A DNA stretch of 60,330 bases, filler included, from Sphacelaria rigidula (taxonomy: Eukaryota), in NCBI GenBank assembly GCA_964200075.2. It is 10 parts of 10 records of this genome, joined end to end, with 100 filler letters (N's around TTAATTAATTAA, not from the genome) between each part and the next. Parts side by side here need not be neighbours in the genome. Positions count along the whole stretch, not along the records: positions 24,177 to 30,119 come from CAXNAA020023312.1; positions 30,220 to 36,162 come from CAXNAA020023313.1; positions 36,263 to 42,204 come from CAXNAA020023314.1; 7 more parts are not named here. One strand, 5' to 3'. A model generated the notes under the pieces. It made no database searches, was not told the origin of the DNA, and saw only the letters and a program-made list of their open reading frames with translations. Below, piece by piece: positions 25,180 to 37,402 of the stretch. Positions within the stretch are counted from its first letter, which is position 1; every line of letters begins with the position of its first letter. The translations under genes and the position numbers were made by a program.

Positions 25180-26099
25180 CGTTCTACGTTTCTTTCTAGT
25201 GTGTTGGGTCCCCAAGTCAACAATCTCAACAGAATATTCTCCGTGAGTCTTTGAACTCTGCTTCGGAGTCATCCACCAGTTGTGTGGTCCCCGACCATTT
25301 TTGCGACTTTCGGTATCCACTGACGATTTTCATTATTGTGAATCGGCACCATTTCGACTTGAAAATGAGTTAAAATGATGCCGACTCACGAAAACAGAAA
25401 TCGTCCGTGGGTTCCAAAAGGGTGAACTCCAAGTCGCTTTTTGGTGGGGGCCGCGATACGATCCCGAGACTTTCTGTTCATCAAGAGTACGAATTATTTC
25501 ACTGGTGTCGACAATGTGACAAGGTGACCCCTCGACGAGCACTGGTGGGAATTTCCCCCTTTTATGTAGTGCAGTATTGCCATAGTACCATCAACGGGCG
25601 AGTCGTGATAGAACTCTTCACGGGGGGAAAAAAAGCCATCAATCTAGAGCGAGTTCGAACACCAGACACCAGAATCGAAACTCTCGTACGATAAAAAAAA
25701 AAACTCTTTGCAACGCCAGGTCATGAGTTAGTACATGAGAAACTTGGAGTCCAGAAAGTCCACGTGTAATTGGAGTCCATTTTTTTTCACATTTGGGCAG
25801 CGCAATTCAAGTCTTTGAATATCAGTGGAGTTACGATCGCGGATGCACAAGAGTGACCTTTACAACGAAATAAATAAAAAGAGGAATGACACTACTGTGT
25901 GAATAAGGGATGGTTTGGGACGCGTTACGTACTCCATGACATGATCGTCAAGACTAGGCTAATCGAACAGCAGCAGAGCATCTAGCTAGCAGGCTGGCCT
26001 GCAGTTCACAGTGATGTCCGTATATTGGGTAAAATCGGCAATTTGCAAAAGGTGGCGTGTGCCGAAGGAGTGCGCGATTCTCGTCTTGTCTACCCCAGC

Positions 26100-26450
26100 T
26101 TGTGTTGCCATCCACTTACCTTGGACGTCGGTCTACACCGTTCGGTATATGTGGGCGCACCAGCCGGGGTCACACAGGATGAGGGCTAACACAGGAGGTT
26201 TTTCTTTTTTATTTGTGTTTAGTACCCCACCTTCCTTCTGCGGTGCTCGCCTTTTTTTATCGCGAGAGGGATTCAGCAGTCTCTTTTACCTCGTCGACCA
26301 TCAAGTCGAATTTTGTGTGCCCACGAAAAAGTCGCTCTCCACTGTTGGGCCCTTTGTGGGAAAAAATCCCATATTCATCCGACATAGGAACCCACGATCC
26401 AACCGTCAGAAGGTTTCGAGGTCATAAACTGAGCCACCGGGGCAACGGGT
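26100..26450 (-). mobile_element. tRNA-derived SINE copy
   Basis: Colinear with 4650-5001; head AACTGAGCCACCGGGGC at ~26427-26443. Confidence 0.7.
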
Positions 26451-27159
26451 TGTCTATCCCTGTTTCACGAACACAAAAGCCAAGGAACATGACCATTGTA
26501 TTGATCTGTCTGGAAATATTTTCAATCTTCATTTTCATTTGATTGATTCCCCTGTGTCTTGTTTTGGTAGCTAGCCTGTGACCACGCAAGGCCCCCGCAT
26601 CAAATGCCCGGCACGGACGTTGAAAAGGTACTGCGCAGAGATCAGGACGATTTCGGATGTACATACTACAAAAGCAACACCACCACCACGACTATATAAG
26701 TATATTGCCCTCGACAGAGGCAGGCACCAACGAGGCGAAGCGAGGGGGCTCCCATGGACCGAGCTACGAAAGGCTTACAGTACAGGTTCCCCATCGTGAA
26801 GCTACGGCCCTCACTCGATTATTGTTCGTGAGGCAGAACTTGTTTAGATTACCAGCACTGCCTGCGGATTTGGCCGGTTTTATCAAGTGCAAAGCTATTG
26901 TTGAGCCTGATCTGTTTTTCAAGCGGTCCGTCTGTCTGTCGTATCAAGACAGCACGACTCACGCTGGTGGAAATGGAGAGAGGCTCACGCGTTATATCGT
27001 CTTCCCCTTTGTCCAAAAAATACAATCCAGCCATCCATCCTCAATTAACCTTGAAATGATTAATGAATTATTTCATATCCATCTCTTTATGCACGACCAA
27101 AAAAATATTTTAAATAATATAAGATATTATAATGTATAATAATTAATTAATTAAAATAA

Positions 27160-27195
<36 letters not shown>

Positions 27196-27447
27196 ACTAA
27201 TTAATTAATTAATTAATGGTAAACTAATTAATTAATTAATTAATGGATGGTTGTTATTGTCATATATTCCCACTGCGTAAATAAATAATAATCCTGACTT
27301 CAGATCGGCGTTCGAGATATTTTGTCACGTTTCCATGCTCCAGAACCAGCAAAACAATGTGGCAACTCAGATTGCTCGTTATTCTGGCCGGTTCAAAGGT
27401 CTTCATGCCAGGCTCTTGCTAGATCTTGAAGTAGGTTACGAGATAAT

Positions 27448-27935
27448 GTAAGGCCGCTTCTTAATAGACTCAGACAAAGTTTCTCCGAGAACTACTCTTT
27501 TGAATCTTCCATCACGGATTATTGGCGGAATACAGGTATTGGCGGATTTGGCCTTCTCGCATTGATTTGCTATATTTTTAACGAGGATTATATTATTTCT
27601 ACAATTTTTCGTACGCCCAGTTTTACTCTTGGCCGGACTCTGCATTTTTTCAGTCGCAGCGAAAATCGTCCAATTTGTCGGGGAAAATACGTACTTTTCC
27701 CCCGACAACTCGAAGTTTTTTGGGGCGACTGAAAAAGAAACAGAATCCGGGCAAAAGTAAAAATGGGCGTACGAAAGATCGGACAAGCGCGCTACAATCC
27801 TCGTGAAGAATGTAGCAAATCCTTCCGAGGAAGCCCAATCCGCCTCGGCCCGTATTCCGGCAATAATCCGTGATGAAAGGTTCAAAGGGACAGATCTCAG
27901 AGAGAATGTTTTCGGTCTATAAGAAGCGGCCTAAT
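27448..27935. repeat. ~490-bp imperfect palindrome with no spacer
   Basis: Centre GGGGAAAATACGTACTTTTCCCC (~27680-27703); arm pairing can be followed out to AGGCCGCTTCTTA/TAAGAAGCGGCCT. Confidence 0.8.
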
Positions 27936-28240
27936 ACTTCCTTCGGCACATGCGGTAACCACGGTAAGATCCACACCGGTCGCGTATCGATTTCGGTGCA
28001 ATACGCCTTCGTTCCGCTTCGAAACACGTGCTCGTTGCTCTGATCCGCTTGCGATCATGGAATAATCAACCGTGGAAGACATACTTCGTTTCATCAGCCA
28101 TCGAGTAAAGGACTCTTTTCCCGGAGTCGCTCTTCAGCATTTCTAGATGGTGCATAGGTACGACTTACACCGTGAAAATGCATTTTGTTCAGAGGACAGG
28201 TACATTGACAGCTGAGTGGGACAAACAGCGCATGCTTTAG

Positions 28241-29827
28241 GTGCACACCATACAGGAGGAAGAGCTGCTCGCGGTTCGTACAGCAAATACCAGGGAGTAA
28301 GCACTCTCTACATGAAATTTTGTAAGCCTATCGTTGCTGTACGCTTTGGATTTTGCCGATTGGCAACATGAGATCTTGCCCGCCAAAATGAAAACAAAAA
28401 AGCTGAAGAAAGAATTCTTACCCGGCAATCCAGTGGGCGCATCCCCTCCACCCCCCCCTCCAAGAAAAAATCACACAGGTGGTATCAGCCTTTTTGGGGT
28501 GTACATGCTTGCTAATGGTGATGCGTCTTAACACACAAACACACCAATAGAGCGTGATATTATAAAGTGTTTCCCCCCGACCGCTCATTTCTCCCCACCC
28601 GGGGATGACATCGTTCGATCTCCTTCCCGACCACGACATGGGTGTTATCCACCATTCTGACCAGTAACAGCGACCATCGGGAAACTGAGGACATCTTCTC
28701 CGGACTCTCCTGTTTCACGCCCGGATATAACTACATCGTAGGCGAAGATAATCCTTCAAGATTCGGGGTCAACAGTCAGTGGCCGTATAATATTTCTAAA
28801 CATGGACAAGCCAGCAGTTCCCAGCGGACGGCGTGTAATTTAAAAGCCGGCCATGGCTCACTTTACCATCACGACTGCCTCGAGAGCATCGCCGGTCGTC
28901 GCATGGTTTGTTTGTGTCGCCTTCAGACTGTGATCTCTGACAATTTTTCGAGCGCTTACTGGTGTACTAGTGTAGCCGTCGAGTCTTGGTATTCAGCGGG
29001 ATTACCCGGTGCTTGAGGCGGAGTGGGCACCTCTTGGTCGTCCTCACGCTAACCAAAATTCGCGTGAAGCCGCAGGTATAGTATAAACCTCAACCGCACC
29101 CGGGATTGCCAAGAACGAAATAGCAGCGGCAAGTAACCAGTGCATCAAGCAGGTGCTTGCCTTCCGCATAGAGAGATGGACGTGAGGGTTATTTTTACTG
29201 TGCGCACTCATAGGCAAGGCCGTATTCTACACATCGAGCCATCTCACATACTGTGGTGAGGGCGCGCACTGTACTGTTATTGTGGCGTTCATCTTTTCAT
29301 TCAGAAACGGAAACATCCCCAACACGGACTTGACAAGATTTCAACGCCCTCTAATTTGTGATATTTCCGTCACTCAGACATTGACCATAAGCAAAAGCAA
29401 GGGCATTGCGGCGAAGTCAGATAAGAATGGTGCATATTAGAAAGGATCAGGGAGGGAGGGGCACCGGCATTCACGCAAAACGTTTGGAGAAAAGGGTGAA
29501 AGTGCGCAGCACGAGAACAAGAGAGCCTCGCACACGAACTGCGTCGACGAAACCCCTGCTTTAGCTGCCGTAACCGTACTGGGCCATCAACCTTCTCGCA
29601 ACAAATGTACGTCTACATGGGCTTGGGTCTCCTCGAATCACCTCTAGTAGACAGGTCTTGTCTCCGAGTATGAGCACGTGTTTCCCACTGTGCCTGTCCT
29701 GCACCAGACACTGGTGCCATCGTGCGACCGTACGGGCGTACTGTTTGCACAGATATGTGCCATGCATGATTCGGGTTGTGGCCGAGGATGCAACAGGATC
29801 ATTCAGCATGGTGGACCCTCAGACAGG
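28241..29827 (+). CDS. Possible pair of internal exons (28241-28296, 29753-29827) of an unknown gene
   Basis: GT-AG sites are phase-compatible, giving VHTIQEEELLAVRTANTREYVPCMIRVVAEDATGSFSMVDPQTG; no homology recognised. Confidence 0.25.
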
Positions 29828-30428
29828 GTGCGACTGAGTCGGGGCTCAGTAGGCTATTGAGCAGGTGGCCAAAAACCATCGTCAAAAACCGATCAACACG
29901 TTGATTTTCGTGCGACAGATCCCTGATGGCAAACATACGACGTGTTGCTGATCATTGTTGTTGTTGGTGTTGTTGTCTCTATCTCCTAACCCTTTGGGAA
30001 CCCTCCCCTCCCATCCCCGGGCCAGATGCCTCATTATGAGAAGCCCTGACAAATAAGAAAAGATGGAAACAGAAAAGACCGACGGCAAACATTTTCACTG
30101 TGGAAGACCAAAGACGACTNNNNNNNNNNNNNNNNNNNNNNNNNNNNNNNNNNNNNNNNNNNNTTAATTAATTAANNNNNNNNNNNNNNNNNNNNNNNNN
30201 NNNNNNNNNNNNNNNNNNNGCTCTGGCGTATAGTGGTCGGGAGGGGGGGTGGGGAGGGGCGAGGGGGGGGGGGGTGGTGGATGGGGGGAATAAATGGACG
30301 TACCCAAGATCAATAATCGAGGGGAACACTCGCCACATGAATACTGGAGAAGAGGGAAAGAATGGGAAATATATATATATGATGGAACACAGTTAGATGA
30401 TCGAGAGGAAGCACACACATATATAAAT

Positions 30429-30473
<45 letters not shown>
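30429..30473. repeat. (AAC)n microsatellite
   Basis: Directly visible. Confidence 0.95.
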
Positions 30474-30474
<1 letters not shown>

Positions 30475-31597
30475 CAGCAGCAACGACGACGACCATAAGA
30501 ACAGGCCACTACCGCATGCAGTATATATCATACTAAATCCTGGGCCATGAATGAAAGAGGCAACTTCTTGATTTTGACTGTCGCACATGACCTGAACATG
30601 ATCCACAAGAGGGACCCAGCGGTGGTCATTATCCGCAAGATAGACGTACCCAAGGTAAACAAAATGTAAATTCACGGAAAAGAAGAGTGGGGGAAAACGA
30701 AGGATAGAACAGACGAAAGGAGTCAACTGAAGAGCGAAACAAACGAAAACACACGATGGATGAACGAGAACAGACCCAAGAAGAGGAAGGAAAGAAAAGG
30801 GTACGGAGGAGAACCAGAAAGGAGAAGAAAGCTCCCCGCGTCCCAAAAGTAGGACTCCGCAGTAGGAAAAAAAACACAGTACAGGCTGGGCAGCTGAAGA
30901 CGCGTACAGGAATGTTCCGTCGCCAATTACGAAGAAGAAAAAACAAGCACGGGAGGAACGAAGGGGTGTTTGCACATACGTTCTGTACATCAGGTCAAAA
31001 TTTCATCCAATAACACTGAAAATTGAGCTCGGAAATTGCGTCATTGTCGCGAAATCCGGTTCCTATGTGGAGATGGAACCTCAGCCGGAAGTTCGCCTTT
31101 GACCATTCTTCTACTTTCGGCTCGGAGGTCTTCACAAACTGCTCGTTGTTTCGCGCACTATTACACTACCAGACGCCTTAGCGCGCTAGAGGCCTCGTCT
31201 GCGTGCAATCTCGGACACAGCGCATCTAGTGCGACATGTGTCGTTGTACGATCGTAGCTTGTGCGGCACCACGCGGCACAACCAACTGTAACCGAAAATC
31301 CGATTTCAGCCGTTTTCTTTTGGCTACTTCCGCCGCACATGGTACCCTCAACCCTCTACACTTTCGCACTTGACTGCAGTTTGGTATTTCGTATGATGAG
31401 ACCTTGTCGGATCGCAGTGCTGCACGGATTTGAAGACCCGCGCTGATTTGCCGATCACCACCATATGTCACAGGAGGCACAACTCGCGACACATCGTCAG
31501 TTAGAACGGGCTGAAGGAAAGTGAGCTTCTTAGGCGGCCAGCCTGTACCTCACGGCATGTACTGTACGCGGGGGGAGGCAATGGAGGAAACACTCAC

Positions 31598-31713
31598 CCC
31601 CCTCGGAGCAGCAATCTCCACCACCTTGGCCAGGAAAAAACGCATCTGAACTTGGTCCAGCCCCTGTTTACTGGCCAGCTCCTTCATGTGCGAGAGCACC
31701 GGTAACACATAAC
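31598..31713 (-). CDS. NELFCD: Negative elongation factor C/D (TH1) homolog, third visible exon
   Basis: (G)YVLPVLSHMKELASKQGLDQVQMRFFLAKVVEIAAPRG resembles animal TH1 GYVLPVVSY...DISLIRYFVTEVLDVIAPP; CAG acceptor, GTGAGT donor; phase 1 matches the previous exon. Confidence 0.85.
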
Positions 31714-31759
31714 CTGTCCATGCAGTCATGGGGGTAGAGGAGGGGCGGCGGGGGAGGGG

Positions 31760-32060
31760 TACTCATGATCTTGTATGACGTAGTCATACGAATGTTGACC
31801 TCGCATCCCTACAAAGCCGGGACAGAGCACGCCGAGTTTACGCCGTGCCAGGCTCGCGATCAGCCATACAGCGCGAAGCGCCGTGATGTGTTCGGCGAGT
31901 CGCATGGGGGCTGAGCTGCATCCTGCTACAATTGTTTGGCCCGAAGCGTACCGGCTATCTTGCATACGGATGACAGCCTCAAATCAGTTGCTTCATTTTA
32001 TGTCATTGCCACTTCCAGAAACAACCACGGGTTACATACTCTACCTTATGGGCGTCTCAT
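31760..32060 (-). mobile_element. LINE family B 3' fragment; other copies at ~6130, ~17955, ~35720, ~45345, ~48175, 48694, ~57130, ~57270
   Basis: Recurrent 3' end ...GGGATGCGAGGTCAATGG...CATGATCATGAGTA abutting C-rich tracts; homologous to the family A 3' end. Confidence 0.65.
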
Positions 32061-33055
32061 CATTCGAAGACTACGCCGTACGATCATCCCCTTTCCGGGG
32101 ACTGCGGGTTCTTCACCCCACACAACGTGATCCGACTCGACCATCATCATGGTCACCGAAAAAATGAAAGCACGCAAAAAAAAATAAAAACATAAACCTG
32201 ATTGCCTAGCTCACGCAGTGAGTGGCGTGCTCTACAGCGTCGTCGCCAACCGACGACAACCCCCCTCAAAAGGCGACAGGGGGGTGATTGATCGATTGAT
32301 TTCATCTGATGGGTTGATTGATTTACCATGATACTGCCCAACGCGTTCACCCCGTTCAACTGCCATGGTATCCAGTTGTGTAGGTGGCCTCTTGCTGGCC
32401 TGGGTATTTCGGGGAAGGAACAAATACCTTTTTATTTTTTGCTCTCGCCACACTCTAAACGCCTTCCCTTTCGTCGAGACGACTCCGTGGTCTCAAGGGG
32501 TCAACCCATCTCTCCCCCAGCGCACACCTTGCATTTTGGTCTCGCGGATTGGACTGGATCATGGCCAACACTCCGTCGAGTCTCGTGAAACCAACTCAGT
32601 CAAACCGCCTATTTTTCCACGTACGTCCTCACACGCTTTCGACGGCGGATGTCAGATACTTCGCAGAAAAGGACGAGAACTACACCGCATCTGGATCACC
32701 ACATGTCTATGAAAAACCACTGGGATCATATATCATCTGGGGCTGTGCCGTGCAGTTAGTAACTTTTCTGGTGCACCATCCGTTACAGCCAGGGTTCATT
32801 TGTCCAGTTTCAAAGTAAGCAAAAAACAAATGCGGAGAAAACTATTCGCCCAAATAGTTTCAATCACGTCTAGAATGAACGAGAGTAAAATTGCCCGTTG
32901 TCAATAAACCATGGATCATTTCATCATGATTCACGCATCAATGAGTAGCTGTTGAACAGTTCATTCGATTTTGATTGATTTTGATTTGGTTTTGTGAGTT
33001 ACATGTTGGGAAAGGACAGATACATACGCGTATAATATATATATATATACATATA

Positions 33056-34075
33056 CTTCCTCTGTCTCATGAGTCTGGGTACCTATGGACTTTTAATTTT
33101 CGTTATGCGCACTATTCCGATCATCCTATAGTTGGGTTCGTTGGAAAGATAAAACGCCAACGAAGCTGATGCAAAAAATAAATAAATAAAAGAAGTTAGT
33201 TGTCTATACTAAGATAAAGTCAAAATATGCCCATTTTTGCCCTATTTTGAGAATATTTTTGAGAACGTTTTTGAGAATTCTTGTGATAATTCGTGATTAC
33301 CACCCCAAACCTACCCCCCACACACTACAAACGATGGATACGCCCCGAAGTACCCCCCCCCCTCGCTCTACGGGTGGCGAGCTATCAGAGGGCCGCCGCA
33401 TTGCAATTGCGGTGAAGGTTGCGCTGACTATTCCGCCGGGGAAGGTGCGGGTGCCCAAGGGCGCGATGGGCCCGATCTGCGAAAAGTACGGTGTTAGCCC
33501 CAAGTACCCATCGAAGTTGTGGCTAGACGTTAAGAGCCAGGTCGATGCCAAGCAGGAGGTCGACTTTTCCACACAGAAAAGGAAAGGGCGGCCGTCGCTG
33601 CTTACTCCATCGAAGGTGGCGGCGCAGAAGGTCAACCAGCAGAACCGGACATTCACCCTCCTGCAGGTGTCCGATCAGCTGAACGCGCTCGGGCTGGAGT
33701 GTCTTGATTTTAGTGTGGAACCCCCAAGTGTCTTGTTTTTAGTGTGGGTTCAACATTATACTGGTTTTAGTATGAGGGGACGCGACATGGTTCGTTAAGT
33801 AGCGAGGGGCTAGGTTTATGGTTGAGGATATTCTTGGGGGGTGTCTAGTTTTATTTTCCATAGTGCCCCCATCCCGCCCCCCTCAAGAAGGGGTCAAATA
33901 CGGCCATTTTCGGCCTGACTACTCTTTTCATGAAGGGTAGTGCGCAAGAAAAAAAAATAAAAATGTTTTTCAATCCAAAAACGCTCAAGATTTCGAAAAA
34001 ATTATCGCCGAAGACATCTGAGACCGTTAACGGTCTCCCCCAGCATAGGTACCCAGACTGATGAGACAGAGGAAG
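33056..34075 (+). mobile_element. Tc1/mariner internal-deletion derivative within a NELF-C/D intron
   Basis: 32-bp TIR CTTCCTCTGTCTCAT(G/C)AGTCTGGGTACCTATG with TA TSD at 33054-33055 and 34076-34077. Confidence 0.9.
33334..33798 (+). pseudogene. Truncated Tc1/mariner transposase (N-terminal HTH DNA-binding region only)
   Basis: ELSEGRR...ICEKYGVSPKYPSKLW...RKGRPSLLT...TLLQVSDQL: paired-like HTH with GRP linker; no DDD/DDE domain before the right TIR. Confidence 0.75.
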
Positions 34076-34589
34076 TAGAATATTTCGAACTCACGAGCGT
34101 CAGGCATACTTTGTAACGAGGCATCCACGAGATTCAATGCTGAAATTAGTGTGCAATTCTTCCGCACCCACCCCGGGAGAGGACTGTTCGGGCCAATGTC
34201 GATGCCAGTGGCCCGGTTGGTAGATTCGTGCTTTACTTTGTGAGGGGGTACACATGCGTTCGCGACCGTTCGAACGGACGCGCGATCGCGGTGGTCCTAC
34301 AATGTTTGCGGCGGGCATGAGCATTTCGAGAGAGGAACTATTCTCACGAGGGCTTGGCCAGGCAAGAATACCGACACCCTCGAAACAGACGGACGGGACC
34401 GGGTCGCAGCCCCGGGTCCACTTACGGCTTGTATTTACATGATACATACTTTTTTGTTTTAGATCGGCTATTTCTTCCTGTGCCTTGCTGTTGTTGACTT
34501 TTTTTTTTCTTTTTTTACGTCATAGTCTATCACGTCGTTCTGTCGGACTCTCTCTGGTCCTTCGTTTTCTTCAGCGAGTGCTTCAGTTT

Positions 34590-34685
34590 TGTTTTTCCTT
34601 GGGTACGTCCACCATGTGACCACGGCCGGATCCCTGGGAGGCCAATTAAAGTGCGACAATCAATCAATCGATCAATTAAACAAAA
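34590..34685 (+). mobile_element. 3' end of a non-LTR element with (CAAT)n tail; copies at ~6555-6645, ~30580-30660(-), ~56580-56640(-)
   Basis: Shared TTGGGT...GTGACCACGGC(C/T)GGATCCCTG followed by CAATCAATC. Confidence 0.55.
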
Positions 34686-34867
34686 TCAAAATATTGTTCG
34701 CCCCTTAGCCGCTAGTATAAGTCATCGATCGCTAGAATGAGTCATCGGTTGAACCCGCGTCACTTTCACTTTTAACATGAGCACAAGGTCCAGGTGATCC
34801 ACCCTGGCGATCTGAAGTGTGAACGGCGGGATTCAAAAAAAAAAGCTGTCTCGCTGTCTCCACTTAC

Positions 34868-34976
34868 CCTTCACCATGAGGTGTACCATCTGAAGCAAAA
34901 TGAGCTGCTTGAGTCTAGCCTTGGCCGACGTGGGCGTGTCCGGGGCGGTGCGAGCGGTGAGCATTACCTTTAGGAT
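34868..34976 (-). CDS. NELFCD: NELF-C/D (TH1) homolog, second visible exon
   Basis: ILKVMLTARTAPDTPTSAKARLKQLILLQMVHLMVKG resembles TH1 LKKTLLDRMVHLLSRG; long (CT) tract plus CAG acceptor, GTAAGT donor. Confidence 0.85.
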
Positions 34977-35282
34977 CTGACAAATGGAGAGAGAGAGAAA
35001 GAGAGAGAAGATAAGAAGAGCAAGGAAAACACATTCGTAAAACCAGGAAAACTTACAGCAGAAAAATAAAGTTAAGCGTCAGATTTTTCGAGATAAAAAA
35101 CATATTACGAAATCTTCTTGTATTCGACCACACCCTAAACAATAGATTATACTGAAAAACATGTATTCCATACAGTATGGAATCTATTCTCTGCTGTGCT
35201 AGGCGCAATAGTCAGTACTGTACACGGTCCTTGCTTTGACAGTGTATTCTATTATCCAGGGTGTGTATTCGACAATCTCTCT

Positions 35283-35285
<3 letters not shown>

Positions 35286-35334
<49 letters not shown>
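35286..35334. repeat. (GT)n microsatellite
   Basis: Directly visible; others at ~52782-52807 and ~55945-56005. Confidence 0.95.
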
Positions 35335-35336
<2 letters not shown>

Positions 35337-35562
35337 CTACAATGAGATCTGATACTCAGGACCCGAGAGGTCAAAACTGTACACATGCACTATACACAGG
35401 AAAACTAATACCCAAGTAGCCAGTACCATTGTACTGTAGTTATTAATTTACCGGTAATTTACAACGGTTGTACACGTTTTTGAACACATGATGAGTTCCC
35501 GACAGACAATTGTAGCAACATGATGTACTCTTTCCACGGGGTAGTATCCACAGCTTATGATT

Positions 35563-35712
35563 TTTCTTGTTCTTGTTCTTGTTCTTGTTCTTGTTTTGCT
35601 TTGTTTTGCTTTGCTTTGCTTTGCTTTGCTTTGCTTTGCTTTGCTTTGCTTTGCTTTGCTTTGCTTTGCTTTGCTTTGCTTTGCTTTGCTTTGCTTTGCT
35701 TTGCTTTGCTTT
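35563..35712. repeat. Compound microsatellite (TTCTTG)n-(TTTGC)n
   Basis: Directly visible. Confidence 0.95.
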
Positions 35713-35945
35713 GAGGTGGCGTACTCAGGATCTTGCATGCCGTAGCCGTAAGACCGTTGACCTCGCATCCCCACAAAGCCGGGACGAAGGACGCCGGGTT
35801 CTTGCCGGACGAGGCTTCGGGGGTCGCGGGGAAACATTGACGACAAGAATACTATCGATCGGCAAGACATGACCGAAAAACATCCTGCACTGCTCCAGTC
35901 GTACCCGGCACAAGTTCGACCAATCACACGTCGAGGTACGCTCAC

Positions 35946-36098
35946 CTCTAGTACCTGCGGTCGCTGCGGAGGTTGGTCATCAGCGGCCTGGCCGCAAAGC
36001 TTCAAAAACACCGGGGCGTAGGACAAGAAGCTGGCGGTGGCCGTGAATCCTTCGTTCAAAACCTGCGACTCGATCCACTTCAGAATACCGAGACTTAC
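35946..36098 (-). CDS. NELFCD: NELF-C/D (TH1) homolog, first visible exon
   Basis: VSLGILKWIE...APVFLKLCGQAADDQPPQRPQVLE resembles TH1 VAMGVLKWVD...TPVHLALLDEI...LHPQVLQ; 153 nt, CAG acceptor, GTGAGC donor. Confidence 0.85.
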
Positions 36099-36262
36099 CT
36101 GAAGTAATTCCGCGGGAAGAACCGACAAAAACAGTTTCCCCCCCCCCCCCCCCCCCCCCGGGNNNNNNNNNNNNNNNNNNNNNNNNNNNNNNNNNNNNNN
36201 NNNNNNTTAATTAATTAANNNNNNNNNNNNNNNNNNNNNNNNNNNNNNNNNNNNNNNNNNNN

Positions 36263-36328
36263 GCAATGGAGGGATGGGACTTCAACCTCATATTTTGTTT
36301 CAACCCCAAAAACTAGGATCGGCTGTTA
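36263..36328. repeat. 66-bp perfect inverted repeat with 42135-42200 (probable termini of a young DNA transposon)
   Basis: Exact reverse complements at both contig ends; junctions read TAA|CAGCCGATCCTAG. Confidence 0.85.
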
Positions 36329-36949
36329 AATGATGAAACAAGTGGAAACAGTGCAACTGGCCGCAGCTAAGAGAACACTTTGACGCGGAAACGGTGCAAA
36401 TGGCAGCAAAGAAAAGAACACTTGGATGCAATAAAAATAGTGAAGGTGAAAACAGCACAGAGTGCAACAGCTCAGAAACTACGTGGATGAAGTGAAGTTG
36501 GTGAAGGAGTTGGGGAACAGTGCAGATTACAGCAGCTAGGGGAATTACTTGGATGCTCGAAAAAAATAAGTACGCCCCCCTCCCTTTTTTGAAGTCCTTC
36601 CCTTTTCCCCACCCGTCAGTGCCTGCAACAACGTAGAGTTCTCGACAATCCAACATGGTGACAGATACAGGCAACGCGGTCCAACACGACACAAATTCAC
36701 GGGCCAGGTGGAATGTGGGTGTGGCGTTCCAGTTTGGTCCCCCTCAAGGTGTGACGCAAACACTTCGGGTATGAGGTGTTTCGGACGGGGTGGGCGGATA
36801 TGGGAGGAACTTCTTGCTATTGAGACAGCGGTGGTACGTGTGTAATGTTTACGGCCAGCCCAGAGCTCGAAGGGGAATGTGTCAGACGGTAGCATGGCGT
36901 CAGGTCGTCGGGTAGGGTACGATCGCGCAAGAGTGTGCATGAAACGTAC

Positions 36950-37402
36950 TCTCTCTGGGGCCAAGATTTGTACAATTCTGTTTTTCAGCAGCCGTCCCCC
37001 TAGGTTCTCGAATCCTGTGAAACTGTAGACATAATCATGGTGAGAAGACAATAGACAAGGCATGCTGAGTAAAAATACAGTAATGAGGTACGTTGTACTA
37101 AATATACCGAGACAAAGTACAGAAATGACAAGAAACATGCCCTCACACGCATGAGTTTTACATTGATGCTCACTGGGCGAGAGTCTAGTTCGTATGCCAT
37201 ATCCTAGCTGAGCCACCATGAGACGATCGGATTGTGGTGGTGAAGTCTTGCTGCAGTTATACGGCACAAGAGTTTGACAGCAAAAGGAGAGCGCGTGTTT
37301 ACCTACATCGTGCAGCAATACTGTTGGCTTTCCTACTTATTTAGAATATCGGTCAGCAGGGCGCCTAGAATGCTACTCTCCTGGACAAACTGTCCAAGGT
37401 AC
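36950..37402 (-). CDS. Three consecutive exons of an unidentified gene (37402-37337, 37250-37174, 37014-36950)
   Basis: Canonical CAG/GT sites with consistent phases give YLGQFVQESSILGALLTDILNNKTSPPQSDRLMVAQLGYGIRTRLSPRFENLGGRLLKNRIVQILAPER. Confidence 0.5.

Noticed and set aside
27028..27253. AT-rich (TAAA)n/(TTAA)n block as a linker or origin
   Set aside because: It is a native low-complexity tract with weak CA(G/A)CCATCCAT inverted ends, probably a small MITE; no TSD could be confirmed.
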